Assembly (NCBI RefSeq): GCF_001462395.1
Contig: NZ_LNTB01000001.1
Coordinates: 1,304,758-1,344,757 of the forward strand
DNA length: 40,000 nt
Direction: 5' to 3'
DNA from: Pyrodictium occultum
GTDB taxonomy: Archaea; Thermoproteota; Thermoprotei_A; Sulfolobales; Pyrodictiaceae
The notes below the pieces were generated by a model. That model was not told the origin of the DNA, did no database searches, and saw nothing but the letters and a program-made list of their open reading frames with translations. This document shows, one piece after another, positions 23,714-30,601 of this stretch. The first letter of the stretch is position 1. The number at the start of each line of letters is the position of its first letter. Made by a program: the position numbers and the translations under genes.

Positions 23714-25041
23714 CCGGGGATACGGCCCTCCGCGGCCTCGGCCCTGCTCCTCCTGCTCAGCTCCTCAGCCGCCTCCGCGACCGCCTCGGCGTCCAGCGCC
23801 TCGTCCAGCCCCCGGGGCGGGGCCGTGAAGCCCTCAAGCGCCACGGCGCCCGCCCTGGGTATGCCCAGGCCCCGTATCCAGGAGGCGTAGCCCTCCGCCT
23901 CCCCCGCGGCCATCCTCCCCATCTTCACCTCGTACCCTATGAGCGGGCGCCCCCTCCCGTCGAGGAGCACCACGTCCACGTCCCTGCCGCTGGGCTGGAG
24001 GGAGTACCCCCTCCGGGCCCCGTGAAGCCTGGCGAGAAGCTCGCCCAGGGTGAACTGCAGCTCCACCCCGTACCTTGAGCGGAGGGCCTCCACGCTGGGC
24101 GGCTGGCCCAGCTCCTCCACCACGTCGGCGACGCTGTAGAGGAGGGAGAGGAGGGGCGACCGGTGCCGGTAGTAGACGCGGGCGCCCCGGGTCCTCCAGA
24201 GGGGCACCCTCTTCACCAGCCCCATCTCCTCCAGCACCCTGAGCACTCCGGTGGCTGAGCCGGGCTGCGGGCTCGAGACGAGCCCCGCCTCGTAGAGCCT
24301 TGCCGCTATCTCGGCGGCCCTCCAGTAGCCCTCGGCGAGCAGGCGGAGCACGGCATCGTAGACCCTGGTGAGCTGCCTCTCCTCCTCCTCGAACACCTCG
24401 CCCACCAGCCCCCGGGCGGCCGGCGTGAGGCCCGCCGCGTGGGCGGCTAGAGCCCTCCAGGGGTCCCCCCGGGGCTCCACGTGGCGGAGCAGCCAGGGGT
24501 CCCGGGCCACCACAGCCCAGAGCACGGCCTCCCTGGCCCCGAGGCCCAGGCGACGCAGCGACGCGATGGCGTCGGCTACGTCGACCAGGTCCACGTGGAA
24601 GGCCTCGAAGAGGCCCAGGAGGGGGCTACGGCGGTCGAACACCCGCCGCACCACCCCCATGCTGGAGCCGCAGGCTATGAGGCCTGGCTCCGCCTCCCCC
24701 GCCACAGCGGCTAGGAGCTCCCAGTAGCGCCGGGGCAGCCTCTGGAACTCGTCGAGCACCGCCAGGCCCCGGCCCCTCCGCAGCCACCCGGCGACCAGGC
24801 TGACACAGTCGCCCAGCCCCGTTATCCTCGGGCCGCCGCCCCTCTCCTCCACGATGCACTCGCCGTCCCCCGTGGCTGTGGCGTAGAGCCCCCAGTCGAC
24901 GCAGCGGCGGAGCAGCCAGGTCTTCCCCGTCTTCCTCCTCCCGTAGACCAGCAGCCAGCCCTGGCGCCGCGAGGCGAGGTAGCTGCACTCCCACCGGTCC
25001 AGCGCCGCCGGCAACCCCGAGGACCTCCAGGACACTACCAC
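23710..25041 (-). CDS. Archaeal-type ATPase (Arch_ATPase/DUF234-like P-loop NTPase)
   Basis: Walker A VYGRRKTGKTWLL and Walker B LAVLDEFQRL. C-terminal wHTH/DUF234-like tail (VDVVLLDGRGRPLIGYEVKMG). Confidence 0.8.
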   Translation of the reverse strand: MVVSWRSSGLPAALDRWECSYLASRRQGWLLVYGRRKTGKTWLLRRCVDWGLYATATGDGECIVEERGGGPRITGLGDCVSLVAGWLRRGRGLAVLDEFQRLPRRYWELLAAVAGEAEPGLIACGSSMGVVRRVFDRRSPLLGLFEAFHVDLVDVADAIASLRRLGLGAREAVLWAVVARDPWLLRHVEPRGDPWRALAAHAAGLTPAARGLVGEVFEEEERQLTRVYDAVLRLLAEGYWRAAEIAARLYEAGLVSSPQPGSATGVLRVLEEMGLVKRVPLWRTRGARVYYRHRSPLLSLLYSVADVVEELGQPPSVEALRSRYGVELQFTLGELLARLHGARRGYSLQPSGRDVDVVLLDGRGRPLIGYEVKMGRMAAGEAEGYASWIRGLGIPRAGAVALEGFTAPPRGLDEALDAEAVAEAAEELSRRSRAEAAEGRIPG

Positions 25042-25152
25042 TATATAACAGCCACTATATAACCAGAGTTACAGGGCATCGGCAGCCCCCTTGGAGGGCT
25101 ACCCCTTTATCCGCCCAGCCGGGCCCTAGGGGCCAGCAGCGGGGACAGTGTA

Positions 25153-25713
25153 TTGGCTGGGGGCGGGGTTGAGGTTGAGGCCAAGCTGAGGCTCCGGGAC
25201 TGCAGGGAGCTGGAGGAGGTCGAGAAGAGGCTCCAGGAGCTGGGGGCGGTCCACGAGGAGGATGTTGCAGAGGAGGACACCTACTACCAGCACCCCTGCC
25301 GCGACTTCGCAGAGACCGACGAGGCCCTCCGCGTAAGGCTCGTAGACGGCAGGGCGGAGCTGACCTACAAGGGGCCCAAGAGGATAATCGGGGGCTCCAA
25401 GGCCAGGGCAGAGTACACAATAACGCTCGAGGACCCCAGCAGCGCCAGGAGGATACTGGAGGCCCTCGGCTTCCGGCCCGCCGCAGTGGTGAGGAAGAGG
25501 AGAAGCTACTACCGGCTGGACGGCGTATCAGTCTCCCTCGACAGGGTGGAGGGGCTCGGCTGCTTCCTCGAGGCAGAGTACACGGGCGAGGGGGGCCAGG
25601 AGGCGGCGAGAGCTATAGAGGAGGCCCTAGAGAAGCTGGGCGTCGCAGAGAGGGAAAGGATCTACAAGTCCTACCTAGAGCTCCTCCTGGAGAAGAAAGC
25701 TCCGGAAGCCTAG
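25153..25713 (+). CDS. CYTH-domain protein (class IV adenylate cyclase / triphosphatase family)
   Basis: N-terminal ExExK signature VEVEAKLRL, with size and acidic/basic strand pattern of CyaB/ThTPase-like CYTH proteins. Confidence 0.85.
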   Translation: MAGGGVEVEAKLRLRDCRELEEVEKRLQELGAVHEEDVAEEDTYYQHPCRDFAETDEALRVRLVDGRAELTYKGPKRIIGGSKARAEYTITLEDPSSARRILEALGFRPAAVVRKRRSYYRLDGVSVSLDRVEGLGCFLEAEYTGEGGQEAARAIEEALEKLGVAERERIYKSYLELLLEKKAPEA

Positions 25714-25866
25714 GGGGCCACGGGGCTGGATGGGTGCCCCGCAGCCCCCGCAGCGGTACACCTTGCACCGGGAACCCGGTCCTATATGGGGTGCTGGTTC
25801 CATAAGGCTACGATTATCACCAATATCGTCTATGACACTGTATGGCGGGGGTGGCTGGCGGCGGGT

Positions 25867-27111
25867 CTATGGCCTGCAGTGTGGAGGGTCTGTGGTGTAG
25901 TCGAGCACTATGCTGATGCAGTGAAGCTTGTCGTTCCTGTCTACTGTGGCCTCTATTCTTGCCTGGAGCACTGCCGCGGGGTAGGTTCGGTCTCCGAGTC
26001 TTAGCTCGACGCAGTTGGATTTGTCTATGGGTATGGTTGCCGCTGGTTTCTGCGGTGTTAGGGTGGCTTTGTGCTCGTGGGCTGGGCTGTAGAGGTCTAT
26101 TCTCAGGCTGCGGATTAGTGAGCACGGGTGCATGGATTTGAGGGCTATTGTCAGGGCGTCTATGGGTGCGCCCCCGCTGCAGCCGCAGCTGCGGTCGAGT
26201 ATGATGTAGAGCGTGTAGTTCGCTACTAGCCTGCATATCCCCTCCTCCTCGCCGTGGTCTGCGGCTTTGCAGCTGCAGTCGAGGCGGATGGGGATGCTTG
26301 TTCTCCCGTGGAGTACCCAGGCGCGGGGGCAGTGACGGCCCTCTTCCTCTTCCTCCTTGGAGGTGTTGGTGGCGCTGGTGGTGCTCGTGCCGCTCCTCGT
26401 CCCCGTAGTGCTGCTCCATGTGCTAGTTGTGGCTCTGGTTGTTGTGATGGTTGTCGTGTTGCCCTGGGGGGCTGTGGTGCCTGTGGCTGTCGGGGCGGCT
26501 GGCGCTGTGGCCTGGCCCGTGGTGGTTGGCTGGGTGGTCTGCGTTATGGTGGCTCTGGGGGTTGCTGTGGGTGTGAAGTATATTGTGCCCGTCTCCTCGT
26601 CGGATATGGAGACCAGGACTGGCAGCTGCACCGCTGCCGTGCAGTTTCTCGGCATGTAGTATATCCTTGCCCCGAGGACCGCGTAGCGGCTGTCGCCGCT
26701 GCCGGCCCAGCTATCCGCGTCGAGCACTATGGCTGCTGAGGGCTTGTCGAGGGACAGTGTTGCGAGCAGCTCGTTGTTAAGCGTGTTGTAGACCTCGATG
26801 TGGAGGTAGCTGAGCCAGGCCCTCAGCAGGCTGGCGTCCGCTAGGCTGACCACCAGCTTGGCCAGCCGCACCCCCGGGGCCGGCTCTACGCGGATCCACC
26901 TGCCGACGTCGAGGCTCTCGACGCTGCAGGCCCCTCCCGTCCTGAGCACGGGCGTCTCTATGATGGAGACCTCCACCGGCTTGTGGACGGCCCTGGCCCC
27001 GCCCACGGCGTAGAAGTCGTTCAGGGGGCTCAGCGTGGTGGCGAACACCGCCGCCAGCGCAAGGGCTAGCGCGGATAGTATCAGCGCCAGGGCGAGGCTG
27101 GCACGCCTCAT
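25867..27111 (-). CDS. Secreted TasA-like family protein, paralog D: subunit domain, Thr-rich linker, then a second Cys-rich copy of the domain
   Basis: Leader MRRASLALALILSALALALAAVFA followed by TTLSPLNDFYAVGGA. Domain 1 (aa 1-175) is collinear with paralog B. The linker (aa 176-258) is T/S/P-rich and ends EEEEEG. Domain 2 repeats the key segments (ATLSLDKPSAAIVLD vs ATLTPQKPAATIPID; YAVLGARIYY vs AAVLQARIEAT) and has 10 Cys. Confidence 0.75.
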   Translation of the reverse strand: MRRASLALALILSALALALAAVFATTLSPLNDFYAVGGARAVHKPVEVSIIETPVLRTGGACSVESLDVGRWIRVEPAPGVRLAKLVVSLADASLLRAWLSYLHIEVYNTLNNELLATLSLDKPSAAIVLDADSWAGSGDSRYAVLGARIYYMPRNCTAAVQLPVLVSISDEETGTIYFTPTATPRATITQTTQPTTTGQATAPAAPTATGTTAPQGNTTTITTTRATTSTWSSTTGTRSGTSTTSATNTSKEEEEEGRHCPRAWVLHGRTSIPIRLDCSCKAADHGEEEGICRLVANYTLYIILDRSCGCSGGAPIDALTIALKSMHPCSLIRSLRIDLYSPAHEHKATLTPQKPAATIPIDKSNCVELRLGDRTYPAAVLQARIEATVDRNDKLHCISIVLDYTTDPPHCRP

Positions 27112-27283
27112 GCAGGACGGCCTCCCCGAGGGACAGCGTACCCCGGGGGCGGCTGGGCACTGGAGACGCTTATATAGTGCAGGCCCCGTGTTTCAAGGCA
27201 GAGCCTGTAGCCAGGAGCACCACGCGCAAGGTTTTGCCGGGGTCTGAGGGCCACCCGGCTGGCATCGACGCCTCTGGGCAGAG

Positions 27284-28432
27284 GTGTACTCTATGAGGCT
27301 GAGGCTTCCCCGGCGCGCGAGGGTGAGGAGGGAGCTGAGGCTAGCGGACGTCTGGCTCATGGAGCGCTGGCCGGTGGAGACCCTCGACGCCTCCAAGATG
27401 ACTGACCCACCGTTCGCCGACATAGGCGGCGCCGGCTCGGTTCTGGAGAGCCTCGTGGACCAGGCGGTGTCGGGCAGGGGCGGGATATACGTAGTAGTCG
27501 GCGGCCCCGGCTCGGGCAAGACGACGCTGCTCAAGACGCTTCACAGCCGGCTCCGCCGGGGAGGCGTGTACTCGGTCTACGTCAACGCCTCGGGCCGCAG
27601 CCTCGACGACCTGGTGGCCGGCCTCTGCACGATACTCGGCTGCACCGAGCCGAGCCTCGACTCGCTGAGGGAAAAGCTCCGGGAGAGGGCCGCCGAGAAG
27701 GGGGCTATGGCTCTGCTAGTAGACGATATCGACAGGATGGCGGGCGGGAACATCGACGACGTGATCAAGCTGCTCACAACCCTCACCTCGGCCCAGCGGG
27801 AGCTGGGCCGCAGCCTGCTCATAGTGTTCAGCATGGCCCGTGACACCCTGGCGAGGCTCAGCCTCGACCCGCTCACCAGGGGGCTGATAAAATCCTACAT
27901 GGAGGTTATAGACATGGACGAGCACCTGGTGAAATCCCCCAGCGACCTGGCGAGGCTTATCTACGCCCACTTCCAGCGGGTACGGCCCCGCAGCCTAAGC
28001 AAGAAGGCGGCCGCCACCCTGAGCCGCTACCCCCTCCACCCCATCAGGGACCAGAGCGTCATAAACGTGCTCTACGACGTGATAGGCGATGACACCCCCC
28101 GCGTGTACCTAGAGAAGCTCGACGAGCTCCTAAGGATAGCGGCCAGCTCGCGCTCACGCCTGGTAAGCGTTTCACACGCGAACGTGCTCGCCAGAAGGAT
28201 CCTCCAGGCCCGTCGCGGGGCGATACCCCTAACCCAGATCCGAGCCGTCATCCTACGCCGCTACGTCAACGGCCTCCTGGCCGGCGGGCTCGTAGTACTG
28301 GGCACGATGGCCGTAACACTCTCAATGATAAACCTCGTGCCACCAGGCCTCAAGCTGCCGTACATAGTCGTGGGCCTGGTGCTGATGCTGGTAGGCGTGC
28401 TCGTGCATATGAAATCCGTATCGGCCCCCTAA
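27284..28432 (+). CDS. AAA/P-loop ATPase with a C-terminal double-TM membrane anchor
   Basis: Walker A VVVGGPGSGKTTLL and Walker B ALLVDDIDRM. The C-terminus LLAGGLVVLGTMAVTLSMINLV...YIVVGLVLMLVGVLVHM forms two hydrophobic helices. The start may be ATG 27292. Confidence 0.75.
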   Translation: MYSMRLRLPRRARVRRELRLADVWLMERWPVETLDASKMTDPPFADIGGAGSVLESLVDQAVSGRGGIYVVVGGPGSGKTTLLKTLHSRLRRGGVYSVYVNASGRSLDDLVAGLCTILGCTEPSLDSLREKLRERAAEKGAMALLVDDIDRMAGGNIDDVIKLLTTLTSAQRELGRSLLIVFSMARDTLARLSLDPLTRGLIKSYMEVIDMDEHLVKSPSDLARLIYAHFQRVRPRSLSKKAAATLSRYPLHPIRDQSVINVLYDVIGDDTPRVYLEKLDELLRIAASSRSRLVSVSHANVLARRILQARRGAIPLTQIRAVILRRYVNGLLAGGLVVLGTMAVTLSMINLVPPGLKLPYIVVGLVLMLVGVLVHMKSVSAP

Positions 28433-28459
28433 AGAGGGGCCGCGCCCCCCAGGCTGCAG

Positions 28460-29053
28460 GTGGGGGATGGTATGAGCAACGACTACCTAGACCTCACTGT
28501 GCCGGAGGAGGGCTCACTGACTGGAGCCCTACTAGCCCTGGCCGTGCTCGGCGTCATTGTAGCGGTTGGGCTAAGCCTGCGGGGCACTCTGCCGCGCTTC
28601 GCGGTGATCCAGACGACGAGCATGGTTCCAACCCTCGTGCCCGGCGACGTTGTTATGATAACCCATGTAAACCCTAATGACATACACATAGGTGACATAA
28701 TAGCCTTCAACCTGGTGGCATATGATATCGATAGCCAGGGGAGGCCCGTAGACGTAAGACGCACGGTAATAGTGGTCCACCGCGTGATAGGCAAGAAGGT
28801 TATCAACGGGCACCTCTACTTCCGCACCAAAGGCGACAACAACCCCACGCCAGACCCCTGGTATGTGCTCCCTCAGGGCGTGCTGGGCAAGGCCGAGAAG
28901 GTGGCCAGCCTGGGCAGCTTCGGCCTGGTGCTAACCAACCCGGTAGGGAGGATATTCGTGATAGTCATGATGCTCTCGTCCCTGGTGCTCCTGCTAAGCA
29001 CTGTGAGGAGCTATAGTAAAGGTATACGTGAGGACCTCGAGAGCTACATGTAG
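28460..29053 (+). CDS. Signal peptidase I, archaeal/ER type (S26B; Sec11/SipW-like)
   Basis: Catalytic Ser box TTSMVPTLVPGDVV, His box VVHRVIGK and the signature TKGDNNPTPDPW. It has N- and C-terminal TM anchors, as in SipW-type enzymes. Confidence 0.85.
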   Translation: MGDGMSNDYLDLTVPEEGSLTGALLALAVLGVIVAVGLSLRGTLPRFAVIQTTSMVPTLVPGDVVMITHVNPNDIHIGDIIAFNLVAYDIDSQGRPVDVRRTVIVVHRVIGKKVINGHLYFRTKGDNNPTPDPWYVLPQGVLGKAEKVASLGSFGLVLTNPVGRIFVIVMMLSSLVLLLSTVRSYSKGIREDLESYM

Positions 29054-29103
29054 ATGTCTCGGCAAACGCTAGAAACACTAATGCGGTAGGCTGGCGGGTA
29101 GGA

Positions 29104-29511
29104 CTACCGGGAGGCACTGGTGTTGCTGCCGGCGTGCAGGAAGGGCCTGCATATGGCTAGCTTCTCTGCCAGCGTCTGGTTGAGGCTGTAGATCTGCCTG
29201 CACACCTCCCCAAGCTCCTCGCTGTTAACCAGCGTCTTGAAGCCGTTAACATCAAGTATGAAACTGCTATTACCGAGAGGGTGGAGGCTTATCATCAACG
29301 TGTTAGACTTGTTTACAATACTTATAAAGTCGCTGCTAACCTTGTCAACTATTGTCCTATTCAGCTTGTTCTGTGCAATCGCGTTAGCCACCTCCACGAG
29401 ATCCATACCGGCCTGGTTTACGACCGTCTTAACGTACTGGGCTATGACGCCTATTATGAGTGATGACGCGATGAGCGCTATGAGGCCCGGTACAATGAAC
29501 TCTTTTAGCAT
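29104..29511 (-). CDS. Membrane-anchored hypothetical protein (N-terminal TM, extracellular domain with N-x-S/T sequons)
   Basis: ORF track. The N-terminus is MLKEFIVPGLIALIASSLIIGVIA. Coding sequence is A/T-richer than most of the window. No family recognised. Confidence 0.55.
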   Translation of the reverse strand: MLKEFIVPGLIALIASSLIIGVIAQYVKTVVNQAGMDLVEVANAIAQNKLNRTIVDKVSSDFISIVNKSNTLMISLHPLGNSSFILDVNGFKTLVNSEELGEVCRQIYSLNQTLAEKLAICRPFLHAGSNTSASR

Positions 29512-29728
29512 GCAGAACCACCACTAATGCCGAGGATTATCAACTATAATGCCTAATATAACGGTAACGTGGCTGGGCCACGAAAAGCGTAGAGCAAACC
29601 CAGGGTTTATCCCCCGAGGATTCTGCGGGGAGAAGGGCTACCTAAACCCTGGATGGCTCTGCTCCTCCAGGCCCCCGGGTATCAACGATGATTTTTAGCG
29701 GGCTGACGCCCATAATTCTCTAGCGGAG

Positions 29729-29893
29729 ATGAGGGGCGTGCCCGACCAGCCCGGCTACAGGGATGAGGAAGACGAGACAAGGTACTGGATTGGTATTGCG
29801 CTCATAGTCATCGGCGCGCTGCTCATACCCTTCTCGCTGGTGATTGGCGCCATCCTCGTAGCCGTGGGCGCTGTCCTCCTGGCGTCCCGGTGA
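29729..29893 (+). CDS. Small two-TM membrane protein (54 aa), below the ORF-track size cutoff
   Basis: Manual translation: MRGVPDQPGYRDEEDETRYWIGIALIVIGALLIPFSLVIGAILVAVGAVLLASR*. TATA-like gatttttagc (29690-29699) is centred about 30 nt upstream of the ATG. Confidence 0.45.
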   Translation: MRGVPDQPGYRDEEDETRYWIGIALIVIGALLIPFSLVIGAILVAVGAVLLASR

Positions 29894-29941
29894 GGAAGCC
29901 CCTGGGCTTCCCTCTTTTCCGGCCGGCAGCGCCGGAGGGCT

Positions 29942-30511
29942 CTATATGTTGAAGCCTATCTCCCGTAGCTTGTTGGCCACAAACCGCTTGTCCTCTTCGG
30001 GCAGCAGCTCTATGCCCTGCCTGATCAGCCTCTCGTCCACCTTGAGCCTGCCCTCGTCTATGTACTCGCGTATTATCTTCAGGTCCTCTATGTCGGTCTC
30101 CCGCGCCGCCTTCGCCTTGAGCACTATGTAGTCTTCGAGCCTTAGCAGCCTGGCCTCGATGTTCCCTAGCCTCCTCTTGCCCGCCCTCTCGAGCATCTCG
30201 GGCGGTATGTAGTAGTCGTGGATATTCTCGTAGAACTCCACTATAACCTCCTCGCCGCTGGGGAGCCTCGCCACGAACTTCGGCGTGCCCAGCGCCGTGT
30301 AGGCTACCTGCCAGCCCTCCTCCTCCGCTATGGCGTGGTACCTTTCCTCCTCTATCAGCGGGCTGGGCTCCAGGGCGAAGATGTCTACGTCGTCCTCGAA
30401 CCGTCTACGCCGCAGCTCTAGCTCTACGACCGTGCTCCCCACTATGACCCCTTTCACCCCGTGCCGCTGCAGCCTCGAAAGCAGCCACGCCAGGTCCTGA
30501 ATGCTGTACAC
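29942..30511 (-). CDS. Pol-beta-superfamily nucleotidyltransferase-like protein
   Basis: N-terminal GVIVGSTVVELELRRRRFEDDVDIF (the G-S ... DxD pattern of minimal nucleotidyltransferases). The C-terminal helical part RLLRLEDYIVLKAKAARETDIEDLKII is typical of this family. Confidence 0.6.
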   Translation of the reverse strand: MYSIQDLAWLLSRLQRHGVKGVIVGSTVVELELRRRRFEDDVDIFALEPSPLIEEERYHAIAEEEGWQVAYTALGTPKFVARLPSGEEVIVEFYENIHDYYIPPEMLERAGKRRLGNIEARLLRLEDYIVLKAKAARETDIEDLKIIREYIDEGRLKVDERLIRQGIELLPEEDKRFVANKLREIGFNI

Positions 30512-30601
30512 GGGCTATGCACCCTCCAAGGGAGCGGTGGGCCTCCCCCATGTGGCCCGCTAGTGGCGGCCCCTGGGTTTAGGGTTTAGATGGCTACCGC
30601 C

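Noticed and set aside
25038-25063. Duplicated ccactatataac (25038-25049 and 25052-25063) between the divergent ATPase and CYTH genes
   Set aside because: Most simply these are two adjacent TATA boxes serving the divergent promoters; the first overlaps the GTG start of the minus-strand gene. There is no further evidence of a regulatory repeat system, so I kept it as a note only.
30561-30592. gggtttagggtttag motif upstream of the 1296-aa gene's stop region, resembling the gggttta / taaaccc arms at 29599-29652; considered as terminal inverted repeats bracketing the nucleotidyltransferase gene
   Set aside because: The matches are only 7-8 nt and imperfect (cctgggttt vs cccagggttt). This is insufficient to call TIRs, and no transposase is present.
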